Shown: positions 20,394 to 43,331 of the stretch, piece after piece
Numbering within the stretch: the first letter of the stretch is position 1
How the letters are laid out: each line of letters starts with the position of its first letter
Source: the human T2T-CHM13v2.0 reference genome, Homo sapiens
Direction: 5' to 3' (one strand)
NCBI RefSeq assembly: GCF_009914755.1
Contig: NC_060926.1
Length of the DNA stretch: 64,000 nt
Notes under the pieces: generated by a model
Seen by the model: the letters and a program-made list of their open reading frames with translations, nothing else
Databases searched by the model: none
What the model was told of the DNA's origin: nothing
Translations under genes and position numbers: made by a program

Positions 20394-21132
20394 CAGTCTT
20401 GAGGTGCAAGCATAATTAAAATGGCATTGATATTGCTGCCGTTTTCTGAATGCCTGGCATGCAATGCTGGCTTTCCCAGTGCAACCCATTGCCTGTAGCA
20501 GCTTGGTCTACCCTGACCGCTGAGGGAATCTTCAGGCATGCTGGTACCATAACAGGTCAAGCCTTGCTTTGCCCCCTGCCTCTGTGAAAGAGAGGGCTCA
20601 TCTTCTATCCTTTTGGCCTCCACCACACCTTGCAGAACTTTATGCCGAGCAGAGCAGATGTCATGGGTAGGAGCTGCTGATCTACTTGATGGTGACACAA
20701 AACTGCTGGGACCTGTGTTGAGAAACATGTTTTGGAGAGCAGCAGAGGCTGTCCAGGCATTACCTTTGCAAAGCCACTGGGCTGGCGCTAGGCTAGGACT
20801 TGCTTCATTGCTGGGTTCCTCCTGAGGAGCCCTCCTGTCACCCAGGCGCAGCCAAGCATCTCAGGAAGGCAGTGGCTATGGCAGACCAGCTTGCTTCATC
20901 AGGGCACTTTTTGCTGTAATAGCCACAATTATTTCCCAGAAAAAACATTTGTCACGGGAACCCCGTCACTTAGAGCTTTGTGTGTGCGCTTCATTGAGGG
21001 ACTGGCCAGCACGTGCAGCAAGAACCTGGCTTTGCCTGACAGAGGCAGATGATATTAGGAGACTGTTGAAGACATAGGAAGCAAAGCTTCTCGAATGACA
21101 CCAGTATTTGGAGACTGCTTCCTTTTGTGTCT

Positions 21133-21453
21133 CTTTGGGAAGTTTGATGCAGTGGATACTTGTGGATATCCCGGCATCTGTTCCCTCTTCCCTTTCCCCT
21201 TCCCAGCAGGCTCAGACTTCCAGTGGGGGTGTTGCTGGATGATTTAGGAACCAGGGATACCGAGGGGTTGAGGAGGATTTATTATTATTATTTAGGTGCA
21301 TCGGCCCAGTCAGATTAACATTTTAAAAGACTGAGCCCCGAACAAAGAGTCAATCCCTTTGGGAAGTTTGATGCAGTGGACACTTGTGGATATCCCGGCA
21401 TCCGTTCCCTCTTCCTTTTCCCCTTCCCAACAGGCTCAGACTTCCAGTGGGGG
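21133..21453. repeat. 97-bp direct duplication (21133-21229, 21357-21453) flanking a 127-bp LTR-like fragment
   Basis: Copies align without gaps, with 4 mismatches. The insert starts with TG and resembles the LTR22 (HERV-K HML-5) 3' end in reverse. Confidence 0.9.
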
Positions 21454-21544
21454 ACTTCAGTGATTCCAGCTCTAAGCCCATCAAGGCATGCCAATTCTGT
21501 CTTCCGGGATGGGCATGTGAACAACTCTAGTCCATTCAGGGTGA

Positions 21545-21880
<336 letters not shown>

Positions 21881-21899
21881 TCTGCTGCTTTTAAAAGGA

Positions 21900-22145
21900 G
21901 AGCATGCAGCCCCAGGTGTTCCTCTGGAGAACACAGGAGTCCAGGCCTGTACCCAGGATGCCACTCCCATGGGGAAGACAGCAGGGAGCCAAGGAAAGCA
22001 ATGGGTCCTGGCAACATCATTGAGCTGTTGGATGAAGCCTTCCTGCGGACTTTTCTGTGATGTGGGCCTATACATTTCTTTTATTGTTTAAGCCAGTTTG
22101 AGTTGTGCTTTTCGTTTCTTGAAACTGAAACCATCCTAACTGGTA
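21900..22145 (+). mobile_element. MLT1K/L-like LTR 3' portion
   Basis: ttgtttaagccagtttgagttg...aaactgaaaccatcctaactg. Confidence 0.55.
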
Positions 22146-22884
22146 CCCCTGGGATACCAGTCACTACTTCTCTCTGAGCTGTTGGATGGTCAGAGACAAA
22201 GCTCCAGCCCCTGGCATGGGGGAAACAACTTGGTAACAAAGGCTAGGCCCTTCTGAGAAGACAGAACTGAAATGCTGGCAGCCCTTGCTGTGGGCTCCTC
22301 GGGACAGGCCGCCCTGAGCTGTACATCCCAGTAGTTGCTGGAAGAGGTGGGACCGTCCCTTCCAGACATGAGGGGGACCGAAATTCCCTGTCCTGAGGGA
22401 GTGTACCATCAGTCATGCCCATTAGACATAACTGAGGCTTGAACGGTTAATTCCCTAGTGGGCTTTATTTAACTACTTGTGAAACAACGGAAGCCTAGAT
22501 ACCCTGTAAATAATCACAAAGATCCTGTCCTCCCATCCCCATTCTTTCTCCATCCTGACTTAGTAATACCAGCAGCTCAAAACACTGCCCCACTTCCTGT
22601 TTTTGTTTTCTGTAGCTCCTTCCCGCCAGGTTTACCAGATGACCCTGGAGATAGGCTTCCAGGTCCTATCAGGCGCCCTTTCTCCTATCAGCCTCAGGCA
22701 GCTATGCGCCTGCTGGTCCCACCCAATGTGCAACTCCCTGACTCGAAGGTGGGGCTCTCCCTTGCCCCAGATTCTGCGTGGGTCTCTCTTGTTGCATTCT
22801 CACCTGATAGCTCAAAAAGATTAACTGTCCTCTGTGGTGGATTAAAAAAAAGAAAGAGGTGGGGAGAGCAAGAACATAAACTGA

Positions 22885-23895
22885 TTTAAAAGTTAATACA
22901 AAACTGCAATAATGCAAACAGTTTGGTGCTACTAGTCCAAGAATAGACATCAACTCATTGGAACAGAATAGAAAGGCCTGAAATAGACGCAAGGATATAT
23001 GATATATGGGAATTTACTGTGTGGTAAAAGTGATATTTTAAATCACTGGGAAAAGGAAAGATTCTCAACTGTGGGTGGTTTTGTCTCCCTGGGAGCACTT
23101 AGCAATGTCTGGAGACATTTTTGGTTGTCACAACTGAGGGGATGCAACTGGAATCTGATAGAGGTCAGAGGCGCTGCTAAACATCCTACAGTGCAAGAAT
23201 AGCCTCCCACAGCAAAGAATTACCCAGCCCAAAACGTCCCACAGTGTCACTGTGGTGAAGTCTTGGGATACATGAGATAGTGGGAACAACTGGCTAGCCA
23301 TTTGGGAGAGGAAAACGAAGTTAGATTCTGAATCATACCACAACTTAAATAATTTCAAGTCAGGTAAAACCTAAATTTTAATAAGTGGAATCATTAATAA
23401 GATCCATAATAAATTTAGAAGAAAACACAGATAAGTTCATCCTTATGGTGTAAAGATTTTTCTAACCACACAAAGCACAAACGTAAAGGAAGTACTCAGA
23501 GGTTTAACTCAATAATCATAAAAAAACACTACGCAGACAATATAAAAGACTAATAAGAGCTGCAGCATGTGAGACAAGGAATTAATGTCCTTAATATGCA
23601 AAGAGCTCATAGAAATGAGAAGACAATAGACTTCAGAAGAAAAAATGGGCAAAGAAAAGGTAGGATGAGGAAAGTTATTAAAAACTAAGACATATGGTCA
23701 GTAACCCAGGAACAAGTTTCAGTTTTCTGCAGTAAGCACAGAAGGGGAAGTTTTACCTATTAAACTGGCAAAGATGAAGAAAATGATAGAAACCCAATTG
23801 TATTAGGAAGGGTTGAAGAAATGGGTACTCTCATGTATCGCTGGAGGGGTGGAAAGTTACAACATTTTGGAGAGCAGTTGTCAAAATCATAAATA
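22885..23895 (+). mobile_element. Old L1M ORF2 fragment with MER20 inserted at ~23060-23268
   Basis: L1-like tggaacagaatagaaag and gggaacaactggctagccattt. MER20 core tctggagacatttttggttgtcacaactg. Confidence 0.7.
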
Positions 23896-24118
23896 GCACG
23901 GTGGCTCACGCCTGTTTGTTTATCTGCATTGAGGGGTGGGAAGTGGAGGTAGCTGGAGTATCTGACTCTTTCAGATGAAAAACCTAAGACTTTTATTTTG
24001 GACAGGGATTTTTCAAGCCTCCTTCTGCCTGTGCCACATTCTGCAAGATTCAAGGAGAAGAGAACAGAAGAAATAGAGTTCTAATAACTCCATCCATCCA
24101 AGTAGCTCATTGCTGTAC

Positions 24119-25031
<913 letters not shown>

Positions 25032-25462
25032 CTGTAAGCCTGATGAGGTAGGCAGGGCTTATTTCCCCCTTTTACAGATGGAAAAAGAGGTTCAGAAACC
25101 TACAGGTGTTCCTTGGCTGAGCAGGAACCCAGGGCCCAAGCCTTCCTGCTCCCCACAGGCGGCTCCTCCCATTCTCTGACTTCCTTCCACAGCCTGAAGC
25201 ACAGTCCTGGCCTCCTTGCAGCTCACAGGCAATTGGAGAGGCAGAACCAACTTCAGCTCCAGCGTAAGGACTACCGTGACTGCAGTGGAGCGGGGCTTAC
25301 CAAGCAGGGAGGGGGCCGTGAAGGCGGGAGGAGACAAGGCCAAGTTATCTCTCAGCGTCAGAATGACTTTGGCTATGAGCTTCGTGTAGGCAGGGCTCCC
25401 CAACAAGCTGCTCAGGCAGCAGATCTCCTGAGACCTTCCTGAGGAGCCATCTGCCAGCACTT

Positions 25463-25720
25463 TTTCTTTTTGTTTTGTAAGACAGGGTCTCGCTCTGTTG
25501 CCAAGGCTGGGCTCAAGTCCACCTACCTCAGCTTCCAAGTAGTTGGGACTACAGGCGCACACCAGCATGCCCTACTAATTTTTATTTATTTATTGTTTTT
25601 TAGAGATGGGGTCTTACTATGTTGCCCAGGCTGGTCTCAAACTCCTGAGCTCAAGCAGTCCTCCCACCTTTGCCTCCCAAATTGCTGGGATTACAGGTGT
25701 GAACCACCATGCCTCGCCTA
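25463..25720 (-). mobile_element. AluJ with internal deletion
   Basis: Diverged Alu flanked by ctgccagc repeats. Confidence 0.85.
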
Positions 25721-26786
25721 CCTGCCAGCTTTCTATACGTTTAACTCGTGGTGTTTGTCTGCACACAGCATTTCATGTTTCCATGAGACTTGGCCCCTCC
25801 AGAGAGACTCAAAGTGCCCGGCAGAAAGAAGACAAGGCATCCATTAAAATAACAATGATAACATTCCTACAAATATGGTAGCAGCGCGTGTCTACCCAGG
25901 GCAAAGTAGTTCTACCATTGACAGTGCCGTATTTCTCCAGCATCCCCGGGAGGCAGGTTGGATGTGCATTATTTCCCATTTTGGGGGCCATTCTCCACTG
26001 CCCCCAGGCCCTGTGTTGGCCTTCTGGAGTAGCACTGACTGCCCTCACGCCAGGGTCCTGCTGTCCACTCGGGGTCTGCAGGCTGGTTTTCCCTGGAAAT
26101 GGCTAACTCAGAGATTATTTGATGTGATCCATAAATTTAGGTGCTTTTTCTAACAAAAGTTTTATTACAATAAAAGTAAATCCAGAAAAATTTTTTTGAA
26201 AAGCAAATACTGGCCAATCACAAACTCTTAGCTCTACAGACAAACGTGTAAGCTAAGGGATGGCGTGGCCATGGGTTATACGCGGAGGCTGTGCTGCTGA
26301 GCAAGCCAGCGGAGGGCTGAGAATGAAAAGACAACATCTGAGCCTGGCCCTGCCACTCAACATAGAGACTTCAAAGATGTCTCTGTGGATGTCGCAAAGA
26401 GCTAAATATGTTTTAGTTAATTTCAATGCTATAGCCAATTATATCTAACGACGTCAAACAGTACTAGTCAATGAATTAGATCTTTAAAGTGCTTTTCTGA
26501 ATTGATGCACAATTTTACAGCATGACCTTGAGCCTGGATAAAATATGTTCCCTGCTTTGAACCTTGCTGTGAAGATCAACTGTATTAGTTTAAAGGAAAG
26601 TGCTCTGTAAACCAGGAGGTTACAACAAATACATATAGGTTGTTATTATGATTAATCATCCTCATTAATTTTTCTTTAACTTAGCTGCAACTGGTATTCA
26701 TCTTCGTAGTTTTTGTGAGAATCTTCTCATCAAAAAGCCTCTGTAGTCCTTTCAAAAAAATTTCCCCCCCCCCAGGCCCTCAGTAA

Positions 26787-27194
<408 letters not shown>

Positions 27195-27956
27195 TGACCT
27201 TTCGCTCTTGACCACTCCTTTTTTTACAGTCAGGGTATGTTTCCACACACGCCTTTCCATGCCCTCTTCTCCCTGGGCCACCCTACCTTTCACCCCAGGC
27301 CCCAGTGATCAAGACAGGTGGGGACTGAGTTCATGGCTCCTGCCCTGGAGTGAAGAGGGAGTGAGTTGAGAGCAAAGGCCAGGGTCCCCCCCGGCCCCTC
27401 TCCCCACTGCCAGAGGAGAGTAGGGTCAGGCCAGAGCTCCAGGATTCTGCTGTTGGTGGGCTCTGACTACACAGTGGGGGGCACTCGCCGGAGGCATCGT
27501 CTGGAGGTGGAAAGTGGATCTGCCGACAGCCATCGTGGGTGTTCCGTCCTTGAGTCTGCTTTTCATGATGTTACTCATCTGTTTGCCTGTGGGGATGAAC
27601 ATCAAATTCCGAAAACAAAATGAAGCCAGTGGCCAGCCCACACCGCTGTGCCCTCCTGATGAAGATGCCCTGAGCTAGGCAGTTGGCCCGCCTCAGAGTG
27701 ATGAAGGCAAGCTTGTTGTCACCCTCCTTTCCTGAGCCTGCCCAGGACCTGCAGGGAGAGTAGGCAGAGGAAGGCTACTTCACCCCCTCACCTGGACCTG
27801 GTCTCCTTTGATGCTGGCACAGAGGATGTGAGGAGTCTGATAGAGGCTGTCTGATTTTCTCTAGGGTCCTGAATATAAATGGACAACAACGGTGGTCATA
27901 CTCTTCCATCATTCATTCATAAATACCCCCAAGCATACACACACAAGTAATTGTAA

Positions 27957-28121
27957 CTGGGTGCACTGCTGCACACCTGAAGTCCCAGTTACTCTGGAGC
28001 CTGTAGTCCCAGTTACTCCAGAGTCTGTAGTTCCAGTTACTCTGGAGATTGAGGCAGGAGGATTGCTTAAGAACAGGAATTCACGTCCTAGATCCTGGGC
28101 AACATAGTGAGACCTCTGTGT

Positions 28122-28156
<35 letters not shown>
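27957..28156 (+). mobile_element. FLAM-like Alu monomer with an internal 3x24-bp tandem repeat and a (CA)n tail
   Basis: cctg(a/t)agtcccagttactctggag-like unit x3 at 27976-28047. (CA)n at ~28124-28156. Confidence 0.8.
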
Positions 28157-28158
<2 letters not shown>

Positions 28159-28220
28159 AATATAACCTACATATCAAATTTTCACTCAAAACCTCCTCTT
28201 CTATTTATGTTTTTAAACCA

Positions 28221-28510
28221 GGCCAGGCAAGGTGGCTCACGCCTGTAATGCCAGCAACTCAGGAAGCTAAGGTGGGAGGATGGCTAGGAGTTTGAGACCT
28301 GCCTGGACAACATAGCAAGATCCTGTTCCTAAAAAAAGTTTTAAAAATTACCCGGGCATTGTGGTATGCACCTGTAGTCCCAGCTACTTGGGAGGCTGAG
28401 GTGGGAGGATCACTTGCGTCCAGGAGATTGAAGCTGCAGTGAATTTTGACCGTGACACTGCTCTCCAGCCTGGGCAACAGAGTGAGACCCTGTCTCTTAA
28501 AAAAAGAAAA
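28221..28510 (+). mobile_element. AluJ
   Basis: Diverged dimeric Alu. Confidence 0.88.
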
Positions 28511-29018
28511 GATATGCCAAATAAAAACTTTAAAAAAAGTCTGCAGTCCTGACAGCCCACCAAATTAAGATTCTCAGCTGACGTTAGCAGACTACCAGTT
28601 CCTCACCACCTGCTTCTTCCAAAGACTCTGCCTTTTGCCAGAATGCATATATTACTTTATCTTTTCTCTCATGTACACATTCTGATATATTTGTAGATGT
28701 ATTACTTTTCTTTTAAAAATAATTATTTTAAACTTAAAAAATGTAAAGATAATACATGAATATGGTAAAAAAAAAATTCAAACAGCATGGAAAAATGTAA
28801 AATGAGAAGAAAAAGTCCTCCTCCCCATGGCATTCTCATTTCTCAGGGACAGCCACTGTGAACAGATTGGTGAGTATCTTTCCCAACATTCACAATGTCT
28901 GATATGCATGTTTGATGTCACCCCAATAAAACCGGGTGTCCATGCTCTTGCCTTAGCACAGTGACTGTGGAAAAGAAATACAAATCTGACCTCATGTTTG
29001 AACTAGTCTAGTTCTTTA

Positions 29019-29464
<446 letters not shown>

Positions 29465-29712
29465 TCACAGCTAGGAGGCTCTGCAGACGAGACCAACCCC
29501 CAGAATCATGTGGCAGATTGGTCTGGTTAGAATATGACCACAGACATAGGCACTGGTGGCTGCAGCTTGCAACACCACGACACCCACTCTGGGTCCTGGT
29601 TGCTGGCTGCGTGGACCGCTCCAACTGCCACCCAGGAGACTGGAGGTATTGCCACCACTGCCACCTCATGGACTGAGTGGGTTTTACAGAGTGCCTCATG
29701 TGACTAATTTCT

Positions 29713-29885
29713 TTTTCTTTCTTTTTTTGAGACAGGGTCTCGGCTCACTGTAGCCTCAACCTCCCAGGCTCAGGCAATCCTCCCACCTCAGCCTCCCAAG
29801 TAGCTGGGACCACAGGCACGCACCACCACGCCCAGCTAATTTTTGTATTTTACTGTGGAGACGGTTTCTCACCATGTTGCCCAGG
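29713..29885 (-). mobile_element. 5'-truncated, internally deleted AluJ-like element
   Basis: Perfect 18-bp TSD ctcatgtgactaatttct (29695-29712, 29886-29903). Confidence 0.85.
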
Positions 29886-32585
29886 CTCATGTGACTAATT
29901 TCTGATTCAGACACAGGGTGAGTACATTTGATTGGTGGAGTCACGAGTCCCAACCCTCCCTGCAAGGAAAACTGAGGACATGAGTCTCTGGCATTTTCAG
30001 CTTCTGCTGTGAAGGGAATTCTGCCTTCTGAAGACGGGGTTCCTTTAACAGACAGAGGATCAGACGCTGGGTGGCTCGAAAGAATGAAAATTGCCTTCTA
30101 CAATACCACCCTACAAAGCTTCCTAAAAAAACTGTTTTTTCTCTGACCCCCAAGTGTCTTCCTCTCTCTTTCTCTTAGGTCCCCTCTCTCCTTGACTCTC
30201 CATCCTACCGTCTGCTTTTTCTACTGCCTTGTGGAGTTCCCTGATTCCTTAGAGGGTGGTGGGGAAACTGAACACTTCGGCTTTATATGTGTGCTCATAT
30301 ACATATGAGCAGGCCTAAAATATGTGTGCAGTTTTTACACAAGGGATGTCGTAGTCTGCCCAATGTTTGGCACCTTACTTTGAACAGCACAGATAAGGGA
30401 TCACTCCATTTTCATACAGAGTGCTGCCTTATTATGTTAGATGGCTGAACAGTGAATGAACCATGATTTCTTCTTTTTTTTTTTTTTTCCTGGAAGCATG
30501 CTAGATGGCTCACCATGATTTATTTAGTACATCTTCCCCTGATGGCCATTAGGTTGTTGGGAGCCTTTAGTAACTGAAACAGTACTGCACCCTGGTGCAT
30601 GTGTATTACTCGTCTGTGTTAAGTAGGGATGTTGCTTAGCCCAGCTGGAGGAGAATTCTAGTTTTTAACACTCCTGGGTGTGAAGTCACAGTGGGCTGGA
30701 TGGGCCTCCCAGCGCCTGCTTCCAGAGAAGTCTCTATATGCCTCGTGGGTGGATGTAGAACCTGGGAGTGAGGCTTGGCAGGAAATCTGCAGTGAGAAAT
30801 GTCACAACCCAAACAGTAACTCATACACAGAGCTTCGCATGTCTCATTCCACAAGGATCAGCAGCTGGACCATTACCTGGAGCTATAGACTTGATGAAAG
30901 CCCCAGAAATGGCTAAGGCAGAGGAAGTGCCTGGGAGTTGTTTGGCAATTTGACACAATATCTTTTAGATATTTTTAAAGCCACTGAGCAAATCAAATCC
31001 TCAAGTTTAGGGATGGATTCAAAGGCCAGTCCTTTCACTATCGGACTGGAATGATTTTTAGTCATCTTACCTCTCAGCATTTACTCCTTTTCCCAGATGC
31101 AGCAGCCCCACCTCCTTCCAGGGAGTCACCTGTCCAGGTCAGGTGCCTCCTCAGGGGAAGCATCCCTCACCCGCCAGATTGCCAGGGCGTGTGACTCTAT
31201 CTGGGCCAACCACATCCTCTCTCCTGGACTTTGACTGCTGCGAGGAGTGAGGCTAGAACCAGAGAAACCTAGCTGATGCTGACTCATGCTGGAGGTTCCT
31301 GCGGAGTGAGCATCAGAGCTCATGAGCTCATCTCCCTAGAAACCAGCATGCCTGAACTTGACCTCTGGCTTCTGCAGCCAGGCGGCAACTGTAACAACAG
31401 CAACTCCCTCCCTACTCCTCAGGGCCCATATCTGCCCAGCTTCTCCTGCCTTGGTCCAGTGTGGTCTGTACTCCTCCTGTGCTGTCCTCCCAGCCCCTCC
31501 ACCATTCTGGCTTCCTGTTAGGTAGAGACCCCCTTGACCCATCCCATACCTCCCTCACTTCCATGCCCACCTGGGAGCTGCAACCAGAGCCAGCTAAAGC
31601 TCTGCATCCCCCAACCCAAGTACACCTTCATTGTCCCTCCAAAGCCCTGTCTCACCTCAATGAGATGCCTCACTGAGATGCTGGAACCATTTCATCCTCA
31701 GTAATTGGGGTCAGTTTCTCCCCAGTCCTGTGACTTCTGCCTCTTGTCACCCTGAGGGCAGGCAGGAGAGCCCTGGTGTGGCAAAGCTGGTTGGGGAGCA
31801 AATGGGCACAGGAGAGAAGAGGGAAGGTGTGGGAGGATGAGTCACTGGCAGAGTGGGCAGGGGCGCTAAGGAAGGGAATGAGTGCATGGACCTGGGCTTG
31901 ATGGTTCAGCTACTGAACACCAAGATGCTGCAATTTGAGAGTTCCAGAAAGTTCTCCCTACTTAGCACTAGCTATTTTACCAGCCTGGGTTAATATAGGA
32001 TCTTTAGATCCCTTGAGAAGATGAAAATATTTAAATTGTGACCCCATTAAAATCCAGGCACTATCATTTGGATTTGTTCATAACTCAGACCCAGCAAAGA
32101 CCAAGCAGTAAGAGGATGAGACACCGGCCTGCTGGCTCCAGAAGAAGAAAAACAAATCAGAAAATCTGAATTTGAGGCCCGGTTTCCCATTTACTACTGA
32201 GCCACCTTAAGCAAGGTGTTTGATTTTTCTAAACACCAATTCTCTCATCCACATCAGGTCTCTCCTGCTGTCTGGAGAATGGGTCAAAGTGGGCGAGGGA
32301 AGGAATGACCCGGAAGTGAGGCTGGAGGGGCAGGAAAGGAGTGGAGTGCCAGCATTCCTGCTCCGCCCTGCGCTTCCCAGGCACCCCTTACACACACCTC
32401 CCTGTCCCCAAAGCCCCCAGCCATGTCTTCATGGAAACGAGGCAGGAAAGCGGAGCAGGCGCAGAGGTGCCCGTTGCTGTACATCTGTAGTTGCTGCATA
32501 GAGTGAGAGCAAACCTGGCGATAAAATTGGTAGCAGGTAAATAGATAAATGAGATGGTCCCAGGAGAGAACTGCTCATGCTCTGA

Positions 32586-32924
<339 letters not shown>

Positions 32925-33347
32925 ACGGTGTCCTACTTAACAAGGCATCTGGCCCAGCCATCATTGGAAATCCACCTGGCTTCAGGTCAGCCCCCATGCA
33001 GGGCCCTTTCTGAACTCTTTAGACCCTAGGCTGCTGCCAGTTGGGGTGGGATGGGTGCGGGAGGTGGGTGCTGGGTTTTGTACACCCAGAAGTTTTCAAA
33101 TGAAACCGTGTTCTAGACATTGGAATGCCCGTGAGGCCTTCAGTAGACCCCACATCATCACCTCTCAGTGCCTGCCCTGACAGGGACTAGGACACGTTGT
33201 GAATGTGAGGGGAGCATGGCCATGGGCTGAGCGTGAGCGGCTGTCCCCAGGCTGTCATGTTCAGAAGGCACCTAAGCTTTTAGGGTTTACTGGTTCTTTC
33301 CTCCTCCTGGAAGGCCTCCACTGATTTTAAACAAATGGTTAATGCAT

Positions 33348-33847
<500 letters not shown>

Positions 33848-33914
33848 TAGAGAACTTATCGAAGTCAAAAGAGTGAGATTTTTACAATACAGTTTTAGTT
33901 ATAAAAATAATAGA

Positions 33915-35365
<1,451 letters not shown>

Positions 35366-35977
35366 AAGACAAAAAAGTGATGAATGCACATAGTAAACAT
35401 AATTCATTCAAAAAAAGTGAATGTTTTCCAATTGGCTTTCCCACCCTGATTCCCAGTCTTGCTTCTCAGTTACCCATTGTTAGCAGATGCTGGTGGATCC
35501 TTCAAGACATGTTATCCCTACGCAAATAGAATCATGCTGTCTACAAAACCGCAACTTTTTTTTTCACTTGCTAATATCACAACCATCTTTCCAATTCAGT
35601 ATAGGAGCATCAACCTCATTCTTCAGAAGGTTTCATTTTAGGATATTCCGTAATTTAACCAGCTCTTTCTTAATGAACATTTCGGTAATTTCCAGATTTT
35701 TGCTCTACAAACTATGCCACGTTACATATCTGTTTGTGCTGCATTAATTATCTTTTACATAGCTGTGGGAATATATCTGTTAGATAAATTCTCAGAAAAA
35801 GGATTTCTGGATCAAAGGGCATGTGTGCTAAAAATGTTGGTAGATATTGCAATATTGCCCCACAAAAAGAATACACTAATTTTAATTCCCGCCAATGGGC
35901 TAACTCACTGGCCATTCCTCTATTCCTCCCTCCCTCTCTCCATCCCTTCTCTCCCTCCCTTTATTTCCTTCCTTCTA

Positions 35978-36359
<382 letters not shown>

Positions 36360-36779
36360 TCATAGTCTGATGATTCAGGTTTGGTGTGTTTATATGACAG
36401 ATTATTTTGAAATGTTTGGGCCTTATGCATGATTTTTGTGTTGCCCATACACATTTAAAAAATATATTTTGTTTTAAGGAATGACTGTTGTGCTCAGGGT
36501 ATAATTTTAGTTTTGGTTGTAATCACCCTTTCTTTATATGATTACTTATTTCCCTGAAGTTTTTAATTTTTTTGAATAGGTAATATATTTCCATGGCTCA
36601 CAATTCAGAACTAGGAACCAATGTATTGTGAACAATTTATCTCTTTCTCTTATTTCCTGTCTCTAGTTCCTACCACCTTCTCTGTCCTCTGAAATCCTGT
36701 TTTTAGTTTCTTATATATTCCTCCAGTTTCTTTATGCAAATGGAAGAAACTTCAAATATAGATTCTTATTCCTCTTTTT

Positions 36780-37655
36780 TTAAATAAATAATTTCAACTT
36801 TTATTTTAGATTCAGGAGGTATATGTGCATGTTTGTTACCTGGATATATTGCGTGATGCTGAGGCTTAGGGTACAATTGATCCGGTTACTCAGGTAGTGA
36901 GCTTAGTACCCAATAGTTAGTTTTTCAACCCTTCCCCTCCTCCCTCCCTCCGTCCCTCCCTCCCCTCTCTAGTAGTCCCCAGTGCCTATTGTTGCCATTT
37001 TTGTGTCCATGTATATCCAATGGTTAGCTCTCACTTACAAGTGAGGAAATGTGGCATTGGTTTTCTGTTCCTGCATTAATTCACTTAGCATAATGTTCTC
37101 CAACTGTATCCATGTTGCTGTAAAGGATGTGTTTCACTCTTTTTTATGGCTGCTTAGTATTCCATACTGTAGAGGTACCACATTTTCTTTATCTAATCCA
37201 TGGATGAGCACCAATCCATGATTTTGCTACTGTGAATAGCACTTTGATGAACATACAAGTACATGAGTCTTTTGGTAGAACTATTGTTTTCCTTTGGGTA
37301 TATACCCAGTAATGGGACTGCTGGGTTGAATGGTAAGCTCAGCTTTAAGATCTTTGAGAAATCTCAAAATTACTTTCCACAGTGATTAAACTAATTTACA
37401 TTCCCACTAACAGTGTCTAAACCTTTTATTTTCTCCACAGCCTCATCAGCTGTTTTTTTTTTAATTTTTTGACTTTGTAATAATAGCCATTCTGACTGGT
37501 GTGAGACGGTATCTCATTATGGATTCGATTCCCATTTTTCTGATGATCAGTGGGTGGAGCATTTTTTTCATATGTTTGTTGGCTCCGTGTGTATGTCTTC
37601 TTTGGAGAAGTGTTTGTTCATATCTCTTGCCTACTTTTTAATGGGGTTATTTTTG
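36780..37655 (-). mobile_element. L1PA15/16-like 3' end
   Basis: tttcaacttttattttagattcagg..tatattgcgtgatgctgagg 3'UTR signature continuing into ORF2. Confidence 0.85.
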
Positions 37656-37794
37656 TTGTTGTTGTTACTCCCTTCTTTTTTTTTTTCATGCAGAATGTAG
37701 ATACTATTTGTTCTGCAAACTTTTCCCCCACAGTTGTTGGTAAATCTTGGAGGTCTTTCCTTACTAGTAGATAGAAAGCTTCCTCATTCTTCTT

Positions 37795-38155
37795 TTTTTT
37801 TTAATTGAGGTATGATTGACATGCCAAAAAGCTGTACATATTCAGTTTGTACATCTTGATGAGTTGAAAATAAATATATACCCATGAAACTGTCACCATA
37901 AAAAAGCCATAAACATAACCATCAAATCTAAAAGTTTTCTCTCTTCCTCTTTTTTTGTGGGTGTGATAATGACATTTAATATGAGCTCTGTCCTCTTAAC
38001 ACCATTTTAAGTATACAATACAGTATTGTTAATTATATGTGCCATGCTGTACAGCAGATCTCTGGGACTTGTTCATCTTGAATAGCTGAAGCTTTGTACT
38101 TTTTGACCAGCATTTCCCTGTTTCCCTCTCCCCCCAGTCCCTGGTAACCTCACTT
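37795..38155 (-). mobile_element. L1MA-type 3' end
   Basis: ttaattgaggtatgattgaca...gctgtacagcagatctct. Confidence 0.75.
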
Positions 38156-38159
38156 TTCA

Positions 38160-42625
<4,466 letters not shown>

Positions 42626-42636
42626 CTGCATTTTAA

Positions 42637-43331
<695 letters not shown>

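Noticed and set aside
27976-28047. Regularly spaced repeats superficially like a CRISPR array
   Set aside because: No spacers; Alu-derived tandem units in a primate genome
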